Assembly (NCBI GenBank): GCA_018657385.1
Contig: JABHXF010000023.1
Location: 1,297 to 65,296, forward strand
DNA: 64,000 nucleotides
Direction of reading: 5' to 3'
Source of the DNA: Candidatus Woesearchaeota archaeon
Lineage (GTDB): Archaea > Nanobdellota > Nanobdellia > Woesearchaeales > DSVV01
Shown: in pieces, positions 38,044 to 46,656 of the stretch
Position numbering within the stretch: the stretch's first letter is position 1
Layout: each line of letters opens with the position of its first letter
Program-made: the position numbers and the translations under genes
The notes under the pieces: model-generated
The model's input: the letters and a program-made list of their open reading frames with translations, nothing else
Databases searched by the model: none
What the model was told of the DNA's origin: nothing

Positions 38044-38523
38044 CTATCTTATTAAAACCATAATGGTGGCTAAAGAAATAATATCAAATATCACCTCATT
38101 ATATGTAATATTTATAATAAAACCTTTTTCTTTTATTTTCCATAATTTTTTTGTGTCAATAATTCTAATATGGATGTAATCTAATAATATATGTGTATAA
38201 TATGAAATACTTATTATTAAAAATAGTTTTGTTAATCCTAATAGCAAAAAAATCATTACTAAAATGGTTACTATTATCATACCTATTTTGTGGTGTATAA
38301 ATGTTCTTTCACTTAACCTGTGGTAATGTGATGAATTATTCCATGCATCTTTAATTTTAAAATCTTTAAATTTATTGTCAATAATAAAACCAATATAATG
38401 ATCTATATCAACCAAAACAGCAAGAATTCCTATTATTAATGCATGCTTACCACCAATTAGCCCAAATTTAGTAAAGATTAAACCAATTAAATATGCAAAA
38501 ATAAAATGTGACCATGGATACAT
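38044..38523 (-). CDS. Membrane-bound metal-dependent hydrolase, YdjM/DUF457-like
   Basis: Contains MYPWSHFIFAYLIGL..., VDIDHY and HILLDYIH within four hydrophobic helices. An AGGTGA SD is present. Confidence 0.5.
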   Translation of the reverse strand: MYPWSHFIFAYLIGLIFTKFGLIGGKHALIIGILAVLVDIDHYIGFIIDNKFKDFKIKDAWNNSSHYHRLSERTFIHHKIGMIIVTILVMIFLLLGLTKLFLIISISYYTHILLDYIHIRIIDTKKLWKIKEKGFIINITYNEVIFDIISLATIMVLIR

Positions 38524-38542
38524 ATTTCACCTCTTGAAAAAG

Positions 38543-38617
38543 TTGCGTGCTCGATAGTTACTTCCGTCGGTCACAGCGTTAGCTCCCATGGTGTTCACGA
38601 TCTCACAGCACGCAAGG
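38543..38617. ncRNA. Isolated GC-rich, stem-closed element (candidate small structured RNA, class unknown)
   Basis: G+C is about 55% by hand count, in very AT-rich flanks. A 9-bp terminal stem pairs TTGCGTGCT (38543-51) with AGCACGCAA (38607-15). In minus orientation a TTTTTAAA box lies ~22-27 nt upstream and CTTTTTC follows the stem. Confidence 0.3.
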
Positions 38618-38705
38618 TATAATAATCACTTCAAGTTTAAAAACTTTTCTTAGAATTAACAAGTTAATCTATAATTGTATTGTATTTAATCCCTTAATTA
38701 GCTAA

Positions 38706-39806
38706 CTACATTACTTTAAAATCAATACATATTCTATAAACACCTGGTGATTGTTGACCACATTTGATTAAATTCAATATCTTACATTTTTTCTTTGCTT
38801 TAATGCAAGCTTTTTTAATTGTTTTTTTTGCATTATCAAACTCTTTTTCATGTAAAAAGTTATAAAAATGCATATCTGTGCCTTTTTTACTTAGCATTAA
38901 TGCATCTTCTAGAAAATCTTCTGCATGTTTTGGTAGAGGCATTAGAATTCTATCAAATTTTGTTCCTAATTTAGATAATTTAGGTGCAATCTTCTTAACA
39001 TCCCCATTAATTAGGCCAATATTAATTAATTTGTTTAATTTTATGTTTTCTAATCCATATTTATGTCCTTCTGGATTAATTTCTATCCCTATAACCTTAT
39101 TTACCATGTCTTTTGCATTATTTGCAATAACACAGCAATATGGTGCACAACCACTAAACATTACTAATATGTTTTCTTTTGTTTTTTTCTTGGTGTTATT
39201 TTCAAGTTCTTTAAAATCATTTTTAATTAATTCAACAATTCTTTTTCTTTCTGTAGACAATCGTGGAGAAAAATATACTTTTTCTACATTTAATTTTAAT
39301 CTAATATTATTTTCTTTATGGAATGCAACTTTCTTTTTTTCTCCTACTAAATATTTCATTTTTTGTGTTCTGAAAACACCTTCATGACTACTATCTTTTC
39401 TTAATACTGTTTCAACATCTTTTCTAATGTCTAATAAAACTTTTCCAATCTTTTTTTCTTTATTTCTTAGTTCTTCGTCAATCTCTAGTATTGCAACATC
39501 TCCTATTAAATCATATGCTGTTTTTACTCTTGTTAATTCTTTTTTTGTTAATACTTTAGATAATGCCTCTTTCAATGACGTGGCTTCTTTTTTGATTGTT
39601 TCAATCTTTTTGTTTACTAATTTATATTTATTATAACTTTTTTTTGGCTTATTATTAATTGGAAAAAATACAAATCCATTTTCTAATCTTACTTTATACT
39701 TGTCACTAAGATTATTATCCTTCATTAATTCATTCTTAATTTTATTCGCTTCTTTAACTGGAACCTTAATTGTTAAAACCATAAAAGAATAAAAAAGAAA
39801 AAGCAT
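38706..39806 (-). CDS. trm5: tRNA (guanine37-N1)-methyltransferase Trm5 / Taw2 (Met-10+ family)
   Basis: Contains VAILEIDEEL..., VYFSPRLSTERKRI, the SAM motif VMFSGCAPYCCVIA and FDRILMPLP. The TATA spacing supports the ATG at 39806. Confidence 0.8.
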   Translation of the reverse strand: MLFLFYSFMVLTIKVPVKEANKIKNELMKDNNLSDKYKVRLENGFVFFPINNKPKKSYNKYKLVNKKIETIKKEATSLKEALSKVLTKKELTRVKTAYDLIGDVAILEIDEELRNKEKKIGKVLLDIRKDVETVLRKDSSHEGVFRTQKMKYLVGEKKKVAFHKENNIRLKLNVEKVYFSPRLSTERKRIVELIKNDFKELENNTKKKTKENILVMFSGCAPYCCVIANNAKDMVNKVIGIEINPEGHKYGLENIKLNKLINIGLINGDVKKIAPKLSKLGTKFDRILMPLPKHAEDFLEDALMLSKKGTDMHFYNFLHEKEFDNAKKTIKKACIKAKKKCKILNLIKCGQQSPGVYRICIDFKVM

Positions 39807-39830
39807 TAATTAACTTTTTGGTTTTTGAAC

Positions 39831-39838
39831 TATAAATA
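39831..39838 (-). promoter_or_regulatory. TATA box (TATTTATA on the minus strand) for trm5
   Basis: Its centre is ~28 nt upstream of the ATG at 39806. Confidence 0.5.
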
Positions 39839-39851
39839 AGTTAATTATTAC

Positions 39852-41534
39852 TTATTTTGGACTAACTTCTATTTTAAGTTCAATTATATCTATACTAGTT
39901 ATATCTGGTTCAATCTTAACAGCATTACTACCTGGTTCTACAAAGCCACTAATGTCTTTACTATACTTATTTTTGTAAGTATTAACATAAAACTTATGTC
40001 CATTAACATAAACATGTGCTGCCTTTTTTTCACTGTCGTCTATAAATCTCATTACTAATTCTGCTTTAAAATCATTTCTCAATGCTTTAATATCTAATTC
40101 ATTGTCAGAATTACATTTATAAGAGCTTCCAGTTTTTGTTTTATAATTACTTGGGCAATCATCACATTGTGAGGTTGTTAACGAATGTTTACAAACATCA
40201 CTTATGCCATATATAGGTACATCATTACACCAATAATTGTCTTCACTTTCATCAAAACAGCAGTCTTCATCATAATATTTGCTACATCCTTCTGGGCAAA
40301 TATTATCTTTGTCATCGCCACATAAACCTTCACATGCTTCAGCTGCATCATTTGATTTGTCTTCATAACCTGTTACACATCTATTACATATGTCTGTGGT
40401 TACAACTGCAACACATCTGTCTCCATCTTCATTTGGAACAACATCACACCAATACATATTTCCAGTTTCAAAACAACAATCTCTATCAAGGTCTTCATCA
40501 CAATTAGCAGGACAGATACCATCCACTTCTCCACATGATTCTTCTTTATCTTCCTCTTCTCCAACAAACAATCTATTATCAATTTCAAAATAATATAGTG
40601 GGTATGTCTGTTTTTCTAGTTCAGTATCTACCTTTATTTGGAATATTGAATAATATCCTTTATCTGTTTTAAATGTAATAAAATTAGTTCCAGCAGATAT
40701 CATATCTGTTGATAAATCAACTCTGTTAAGTTGTGTGCAATCTGGGATTCCAGAATAAATATTTTGATTGTTAATATAAACTCTTAATTTACCAACAGAT
40801 GTTGGATCACAATCTGGGAAAAATCGTAAGCTTGCTTTTTCAAGATTAAACTTTTCAGTATCAGTCACAATAAATGACATTTTACTTGCTTGTTCACTTA
40901 CATCTGTTATGTCTCCTGTAATTTGTACATTATCTAATAAATATTCATTTGTTGTCCAAAATCTCCAACCAACTGGGCTTACTTCTAATGAAATTATATT
41001 AACTGGTTGTAGTGATGTTTTATCAATATTTATTACAGGGAAAGGGTTTGCCATACCTTCATATATCATATTCCCATTCAAAGATACTCTTAACATACCT
41101 TGTCCTTTTTTTGTTGTTGCAGACAATAAAACATTATCTATATATTCAACATCTTGTATCTTAAATGTAACATTTCTTGTAAGAACATCAAATACTCCAT
41201 TTTTTACATATAATGATTCTTCTTGTGTTAATACACTTGCACTTGTTGTTGTGTATAAATTAACAGACGGTAAAGGATGTTCATATGAATTAAATTTTAA
41301 GTAATCAATTCTTCCTGGTGAAGTTGATAATGATGTTTTATTAATTGTAAATGGTGCGCCATCATATGAATTACTATTTCCTGATCCACTAGAACTTGTA
41401 GGAGAATCTCCTAATAAATTTGCTCTTTCATGTGGTGGAAGTAATAATAAGTATAAAACAATAAAAACTGCTATTAATGCAATTAATCCTGCTGCACCTG
41501 CAGCACTTTGAGCTTTTTTTCTAGATATCAACAA
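39852..41534 (-). CDS. Prepilin-like surface protein (560 aa) with repeated beta-domains and a duplicated ~70-aa Cys-rich module
   Basis: The N-terminus is (M)LISRKKAQSAAGAAGLIALIAVFIVLYLLLL (K-A-Q followed by a hydrophobic helix). It uses a TTG start behind a GAGGTGA SD. Two collinear modules lie at ~40115-40540 (CGEVDGICPANCDEDLDRDCCFETGNMYWC... and CGDDKDNICPEGCSKYYDEDCCFDESEDNYWC...). Confidence 0.7.
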   Translation of the reverse strand: MLISRKKAQSAAGAAGLIALIAVFIVLYLLLLPPHERANLLGDSPTSSSGSGNSNSYDGAPFTINKTSLSTSPGRIDYLKFNSYEHPLPSVNLYTTTSASVLTQEESLYVKNGVFDVLTRNVTFKIQDVEYIDNVLLSATTKKGQGMLRVSLNGNMIYEGMANPFPVINIDKTSLQPVNIISLEVSPVGWRFWTTNEYLLDNVQITGDITDVSEQASKMSFIVTDTEKFNLEKASLRFFPDCDPTSVGKLRVYINNQNIYSGIPDCTQLNRVDLSTDMISAGTNFITFKTDKGYYSIFQIKVDTELEKQTYPLYYFEIDNRLFVGEEEDKEESCGEVDGICPANCDEDLDRDCCFETGNMYWCDVVPNEDGDRCVAVVTTDICNRCVTGYEDKSNDAAEACEGLCGDDKDNICPEGCSKYYDEDCCFDESEDNYWCNDVPIYGISDVCKHSLTTSQCDDCPSNYKTKTGSSYKCNSDNELDIKALRNDFKAELVMRFIDDSEKKAAHVYVNGHKFYVNTYKNKYSKDISGFVEPGSNAVKIEPDITSIDIIELKIEVSPK

Positions 41535-41680
41535 AAATCACCTCATTATTATAATATTATGGAATACACAATTATACATATATAAACATAGTACTAAATT
41601 AAGTGATATATATATTTTTGCCAAATTATTAGTAAATTATATGTAAATATTAATGGATTAGATGAAGAATTAAATAAAAA

Positions 41681-41843
41681 CGGGCCTGGAGGGAATGTCG
41701 ATACTTTGCATACTAATTTTTTGCAAAACATATTCGAACCCACGGTCTACGGCTGCCTTCATATGCATTGCATATTAGAAGGCCGTCGCATTATTTGTCT
41801 TATTTCAGATTAATCCAAAATAACCAGACTATGCTACAGGCCC
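41681..41843 (-). tRNA. tRNA-Arg(UCU) candidate with three introns (D-loop, canonical 37/38, T-loop)
   Basis: Hand fold of the minus strand. The acceptor stem is GGGCCTG/CAGGCCC with discriminator G. The D-stem is GCAT/ATGC, enclosing 39 nt. The anticodon stem is ACGGC/GCCGT with loop CUUCUAA, plus a 21-nt intron forming a near-canonical bulge-helix-bulge (CTTC/GAAG 4-bp helix between bulges TAA and GCA). The T-arm is GTGGG-TTCGAAT, then ~37 nt, then CCCTC, with one U-U mismatch. TTTATAAA lies 27 nt upstream and TTTTTATTT follows the 3' end. No CCA is encoded. Confidence 0.65.
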
Positions 41844-41869
41844 ATTCAGTCATTAGATTACAGCAGTGC

Positions 41870-41877
41870 TTTATAAA
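41870..41877 (-). promoter_or_regulatory. TATA box (TTTATAAA) for the tRNA gene
   Basis: It lies 27 nt upstream of the predicted tRNA 5' end at 41843. Confidence 0.55.
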
Positions 41878-41908
41878 GTTTATTACCATAATTTTTTATT
41901 ATTATTTA

Positions 41909-42094
41909 TTATTTTCTTAATTTTTCAAGTTTTAGAGAGAATCCACATTGTCCACAGTTCATTTCTAGAAAACATTCAACCATCCATAGCTCAATATCAT
42001 TTATTAGTCCACATGCATTGCATTTGACCTCAAAGTACTCTTCTGCCTTCCCATTTTCGATTCCATAAGGCAGTTTTTGCACAATTTCAACCAT
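41909..42094 (-). CDS. Small zinc-ribbon-like protein (61 aa)
   Basis: Two CxxC pairs are present (CNACG ... CGQCG). A GGTG motif lies upstream of the ATG. Confidence 0.4.
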   Translation of the reverse strand: MVEIVQKLPYGIENGKAEEYFEVKCNACGLINDIELWMVECFLEMNCGQCGFSLKLEKLRK

Positions 42095-42614
42095 TTAGGT
42101 AACACCATTTATTTACTATTAACATTATCTACTATTATTTGTTGTATTTTGGTTATTAATTATTAAAATTATTCACTATTTGGGTTTTTTATAATTTAGA
42201 TATGTGTGGTGCAATTTGATGTAATTATTGGTATTTGAATCTAGTATGCATTTAAGTTTGAATATGATCTTTTGAACAATGTAGTAATATATTAATGTTT
42301 GTATACCAAAATAGTCTAATTTGTCTTATTTTTGTAATATGTGCACAATATCTTATTTTTATCTGTTGAAAACAATAACCTTTATAAGTAACCTGGGTCT
42401 TTTACCCAACACTACGTAAACATCAAATGAGCATTTGAAAACGAAGAAATAAACGTAAATGCTCTTAATAAACAATATTACGGCCTGAAAAAGCGTTTTT
42501 AGCTTTAAAGAGCACAATTGTGCCTTCAATTCTAAAAAAACGCAACCAATAGGCAATTTTTGCTATTGAAGGATAATAAGGCCTAGATATAAGAATAATC
42601 ATTGGATATTAAAA

Positions 42615-43601
42615 ATGCCTAAAGCACATAAATCAAGATCAGGAAGTATGCAATATTGGCCTAGAAAAAGGGCTAAACGAAGTTATGCTAGGGTTAGGGC
42701 TTGGGCAGATATTAAAGATGCATTGCCTCTGGGTTTTGCTGGTTATAAGGCAGGAATGACACATATCATAGTTGCTGATAATAGAAAAAACTCAAAATCT
42801 AAAGGAGGGGATATGTCAATTCCAGTAACAGTTATTGAATGTCCACCTATCAAAATTTTTTCTGCTTTATTTTATAAATATGATGTTAACAAATGGCTTC
42901 TAAAAAAAGAAATTTCATTCAAAGCAGATAAAGAACTTGCAAGAAAATTAAAGTTACCTAAGGATAATAAGGCATCATTAGATAATATTAAATTAGAAGA
43001 TTATGATGATGTAAGAATTAAAGTATATACTCAACCTAAACTAACAGGTATTGGGAAAAAAAAGCCAGAAGTATTTGAAATTTGCTTAGGTGGTAATAAA
43101 GAAGATAAAATTGAATATATTAAACAAAATATTGGTAAGGAAATAAGAATTTCTGATGTTTTCAAACCTGGCAATGTTCTTGATTTTCATACAATTACAA
43201 CAGGAAAAGGTTATCAAGGTCCAGTTAAAAGATTTGGTATTGGTTTAACAAGTCATAAATCCGAAAAAGTTAGAAGGGGACCTGGAAGTTTAGGTAGTTG
43301 GTGTGGTCAAGGGCATATGATGTATAGAGTTTCACATGCTGGTCAAATGGGTTATCACACAAGAACAGATTATAATAAATGGTTATTAAATGTTTCAGAC
43401 AAACCAGAAGAAGTAAATCCTAAAGGTGGGTTTATTAGATATGGTTTAGTGAAGAATGATTATATTTTAATTAAGGGATCAGTTGGTGGTCCTAAGAAAA
43501 GATTAGTTAGGTTTAATTATACTATTAGGGGAAGTAAAAAAATACCAAAGGAAGCTCCTTCAATAGAACATATTAGTCAAGAATCTCAACAAGGTAACTA
43601 A
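42615..43601 (+). CDS. rpl3: 50S ribosomal protein uL3
   Basis: Contains MPKAHKSRSGSMQYWPRKRAKR... and GKGYQGPVKRFG. It is the first gene of the cluster. Confidence 0.95.
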   Translation: MPKAHKSRSGSMQYWPRKRAKRSYARVRAWADIKDALPLGFAGYKAGMTHIIVADNRKNSKSKGGDMSIPVTVIECPPIKIFSALFYKYDVNKWLLKKEISFKADKELARKLKLPKDNKASLDNIKLEDYDDVRIKVYTQPKLTGIGKKKPEVFEICLGGNKEDKIEYIKQNIGKEIRISDVFKPGNVLDFHTITTGKGYQGPVKRFGIGLTSHKSEKVRRGPGSLGSWCGQGHMMYRVSHAGQMGYHTRTDYNKWLLNVSDKPEEVNPKGGFIRYGLVKNDYILIKGSVGGPKKRLVRFNYTIRGSKKIPKEAPSIEHISQESQQGN

Positions 43602-43603
43602 AG

Positions 43604-44410
43604 ATGGATTTAGCAATTTATAACTTAACAAAAACAGAAACAAACAGGAAAAAAGTTCCTGAACAGTTTTCAGAATTAATTAGGCCTGACATTATTAAAA
43701 AAGCTGTTTTTGCTATAAGAAGTCATAAACGTCAACCTTATGGTGCTAGTCCTGAAGCTGGTAAACGTCATTCAACAAATATTAGCAGAAGAAGAAACAA
43801 TTATAAAACAAGTTATGGTCATGGAATCTCAAGAGTTCCTAGAAAAATATTATCTCATAGGGGAGAAAGATTTAATTGGGTTGGTGCATTTGCTCCAGGA
43901 ACAGTTGGTGGTAGGAGAGCACATCCTCCAAAAGCAGATAAAATATGGGATGAAAAAATTAACAAAAAAGAAAGAAGAAAAGCAATAAGAAGTGCTTTAG
44001 CTGCAACTTTAGTTCCTCAATTAGTTGAAGAAAGAGGTCATAAAATTCCTAAAGAATATCCTTTTTTTATAGAAAACAAATTTGAAAGTCTTGATAAAAC
44101 ATCAGATGTTAAAAAAACCTTAGAAAAATTGGGTTTTGAAGATGAATTAAAAAGATCTTCTGTTAAAAAAATTAGGGCAGGCAAGGGTAAAATGAGGGGA
44201 AGAAAATATAAAAAGAGAAAAGGGCCTTTGTTAGTGGTATCTGAAGATTGTAAATTATTAAAGTCAGCATCAAATATACCTGGTGTTGATGTTGTTGTGA
44301 TTAATAAAGTAAATGCTGAATTGTTAGCACCTGGAACACAGGCAGGAAGATTAACACTGTTTACTGAAGCAGCAATTGATAAAATAGAGAAAGAAAATTT
44401 ATTTATGTGA
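43604..44410 (+). CDS. rpl4: 50S ribosomal protein uL4
   Basis: Contains HKRQPYGASPEAGKRHS... and RAGKGKMRGRKYK. It is in the conserved position after uL3. Confidence 0.93.
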   Translation: MDLAIYNLTKTETNRKKVPEQFSELIRPDIIKKAVFAIRSHKRQPYGASPEAGKRHSTNISRRRNNYKTSYGHGISRVPRKILSHRGERFNWVGAFAPGTVGGRRAHPPKADKIWDEKINKKERRKAIRSALAATLVPQLVEERGHKIPKEYPFFIENKFESLDKTSDVKKTLEKLGFEDELKRSSVKKIRAGKGKMRGRKYKKRKGPLLVVSEDCKLLKSASNIPGVDVVVINKVNAELLAPGTQAGRLTLFTEAAIDKIEKENLFM

Positions 44411-44415
44411 TAATC

Positions 44416-44676
44416 ATGGAAGCCTATACAATACTAAAACATCCGTTGTCAACAGAAAAAGCAATTAGGATGATGGAAGCTGAAAACAAACTCGTGTTTA
44501 TGGTAGAAAGAAAAGCAACTAAAATATTATTATTAAAAGCATTTGAACAAATGTTTAAAATCAAACCAATAAAAGTTAATACTTTGATTACACCAAAAGG
44601 TAAGAAAAAGGCAATTTTTAGATTACCTCTTGATCAACCAGCTATTGACATCGCAACACAATTAGGTATCATGTAA
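44416..44676 (+). CDS. rpl23: 50S ribosomal protein uL23
   Basis: Contains ILKHPLSTEKAIRMMEAENKLVFMVERKATK. The ATG at 44416 is preferred over the GTG at 44407. Confidence 0.9.
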   Translation: MEAYTILKHPLSTEKAIRMMEAENKLVFMVERKATKILLLKAFEQMFKIKPIKVNTLITPKGKKKAIFRLPLDQPAIDIATQLGIM

Positions 44677-44732
44677 TTAAAGTGATTATAATTAAAAAAA
44701 CATTATAAAAATTTAATAATAAGGAATACAAA

Positions 44733-45452
44733 ATGGGAAAAAGAATCATTGCACAAAGACGTGGAAAAGGAAGCACAACTTATAGGGGTCACTCTTTTAA
44801 ATTTAAAGGTACTGCAAAACATCCTCGTTTGGGTAATGAACCTCAGTTAATTAAAGGGAAGATCATTGATTTAATTCATTGTCCAGCTCATAGTGCACCA
44901 TTAGCTAAAGTTAAATATGAAAATGGAGATACTTCCTTAATGATTGCTCCTGAAAATATTTGTGTTGATCAAACAATTGAAGTATTAGGTAAAAATGTTG
45001 AAGTAGGTAACATATTACAATTAAAAGAAATTCCTGAAGGTACATTAATTTATAATATTGAAGCAGTTCCTGGAGATGGTGGTAAATTTGTAAGAAGTTC
45101 AGGTACATTTGCAAGAGTTATGACTCATTTAAATAATAAAACAACTTTAATATTACCTTCAAAGAAACAAAAAGTATTCAATTCAAAATGTATGGCATCT
45201 ATTGGTGTTGTTGCAGGTGGAGGAAGACCTGAAAAACCATTCCTAAAAGCAGGAACAAGATTCCATAAAATGAAAGCTAAAAACAGACTTTATCCAAAAG
45301 TAAGTGGTGGTTCAATGAATGCTGTTGACCATCCATTCGGTAATAAAAGAAGTTCAAGAAAATCCACTGCAAGAGTTGCTCCAAGAAATGCCCCTCCAGG
45401 TAGGAAGGTTGGTATGGTTAGAGCAAAGAGAACAGGTAGGAGAAAACGTTAA
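44733..45452 (+). CDS. rpl2: 50S ribosomal protein uL2
   Basis: Contains MGKRIIAQRRGKGS..., GGGRPEKP and MNAVDHPFG. Confidence 0.95.
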   Translation: MGKRIIAQRRGKGSTTYRGHSFKFKGTAKHPRLGNEPQLIKGKIIDLIHCPAHSAPLAKVKYENGDTSLMIAPENICVDQTIEVLGKNVEVGNILQLKEIPEGTLIYNIEAVPGDGGKFVRSSGTFARVMTHLNNKTTLILPSKKQKVFNSKCMASIGVVAGGGRPEKPFLKAGTRFHKMKAKNRLYPKVSGGSMNAVDHPFGNKRSSRKSTARVAPRNAPPGRKVGMVRAKRTGRRKR

Positions 45453-45464
45453 AGGTGTAATGAA

Positions 45465-45851
45465 ATGGCTGCAATTCGAGAATTCAAGTTTAGAGGAAAA
45501 TCAGTAGAAGAAATCAAACAATTAGATATAAAAGAGTTTGCAAAACTACTTCCTACTAGACAAAGAAGATCATTATCACGTGGATTTACAGATGCACAAA
45601 AAAGATTTTTAGCAAAACTTGATAAAAGCAAGAAAAATGTTAAAACTCATTGTCGTGCTATTGTTATAATTCCTCAAATGTTGGATAAAACAATTTTACT
45701 TTATAGTGGAAAACAGTTTGTTCCAATAATAATTGTACCTGAAATGTTAGGTCATTGTCTTGGTGAATTTGTTTTATCAAGAAACAGAGTTAGCCATAGC
45801 GCACCTGGTGTTGGAGCAACACGATCAAGTGCTGGTGTTTCAGTAAGGTAG
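45465..45851 (+). CDS. rps19: 30S ribosomal protein uS19
   Basis: Contains FRGKSVEEIKQL... and GHCLGEFVLSRN.V.HSAPGVGATRSS. Confidence 0.93.
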   Translation: MAAIREFKFRGKSVEEIKQLDIKEFAKLLPTRQRRSLSRGFTDAQKRFLAKLDKSKKNVKTHCRAIVIIPQMLDKTILLYSGKQFVPIIIVPEMLGHCLGEFVLSRNRVSHSAPGVGATRSSAGVSVR

Positions 45852-45915
45852 ATTAAATAATAAAATTCAAAAATAATAATAATCAAATAAATTAAACAAA
45901 ATAAAACAAATAAAA

Positions 45916-46656
45916 ATGACATACAAATACGCATTCGAAGGTTACAACAAGGAGCTTATGTCTAGAGCTGTAGGTAATTCATTAGGTATATCTACAAAAC
46001 AAAGCATAGAAATCTGTAATTTTGTTAGACGTAAACCTGTTGTAAGAGCTAAAAAAATATTAGAAAATGTCATTAATGAAAAAGAAGCTATTCCATTCAA
46101 AAGATTTAATAGTGACGTTGGTCACAAACCAGGGATTGGACCTGGAAGATATCCAAAAAAAGCAAGTGAAGCAATATTATCACTTATTAAGGCTGCTGAA
46201 GCAAATGCTCAGTTTAAGGGACTTAATACAAGTAATATGGTTATTAAACATATTTGTGCACATAAAGCCTCTACTCCATGGCATCATGGAAGGCAAAGAG
46301 GAGTTAAGATGAAAAAAACACATGTTGAAATTGTTTTAGAAGAAACAAAAAAACAAGATCCTAAATCAGAATCAAAGAAAACAAAACCAAAAAAAGTAGA
46401 AGTTAAAGAAACAGAAGAAACACAAAAAGTATCACAATCAAAAGTAGAAAAATCAAAAATAGAAACAATAGAGAAACCAAAAGTAGTTAAGGAAGAACCT
46501 AAAACTGAAGTAAATGCTCCTAAAAAAGAATCAACTGTTGAAGAATCTAAAAAAGAAGAAGTTAAGGTAGAACCTAAAACTGAAGCAGTGACCCCTAAAG
46601 AAGAAACACCTGTTGAAGAATCTAAAAAAGAAGCACAAGAGGATAAACAAAAATGA
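45916..46656 (+). CDS. rpl22: 50S ribosomal protein uL22 with a ~100-aa Lys/Glu-rich C-terminal extension
   Basis: The core is YNKELMSRAVGNSLGISTKQSIEICNFVR...HICAHKASTPWHHGRQRG. The tail runs from ~46345 and contains a duplicated 21-aa unit (46495-46557 and 46570-46632). Confidence 0.92.
   Translation: MTYKYAFEGYNKELMSRAVGNSLGISTKQSIEICNFVRRKPVVRAKKILENVINEKEAIPFKRFNSDVGHKPGIGPGRYPKKASEAILSLIKAAEANAQFKGLNTSNMVIKHICAHKASTPWHHGRQRGVKMKKTHVEIVLEETKKQDPKSESKKTKPKKVEVKETEETQKVSQSKVEKSKIETIEKPKVVKEEPKTEVNAPKKESTVEESKKEEVKVEPKTEAVTPKEETPVEESKKEAQEDKQK

Noticed and set aside
38543-38617. Reading the GC-rich island as a tRNA, tRNA half, C/D or H/ACA sRNA, or hammerhead ribozyme.
   Set aside because: Beyond the 9-bp closing stem I could not build D, anticodon or T arms on either strand. 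It has no TTCRA T-loop, no RUGAUGA/CUGA pair, no ACA box after the stem and no CUGANGA core. I kept it only as an unclassified candidate.
41681-41843. Treating the intron-containing tRNA as a pseudogene because of the U-U mismatch in the T-stem.
   Set aside because: The promoter box, the terminator T-run, the intact acceptor, D and anticodon stems and a near-canonical BHB at 37/38 argue for a functional gene. The doubt is recorded in the confidence value instead.
42359-42556. 65-aa minus-strand ORF in the region upstream of rpl3.
   Set aside because: It has no start context, a hydrophobic or odd composition, and it overlaps the hairpin-rich non-coding leader. It is more likely to be non-coding.
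43740-43988. Alternate-frame ORFs inside ribosomal protein genes (43740-43988 in rpl4, 46067-46312 in rpl22, 45319-45507 and 54196-54387).
   Set aside because: They are embedded in frames whose products match conserved ribosomal proteins. There is no independent evidence for overlapping genes.
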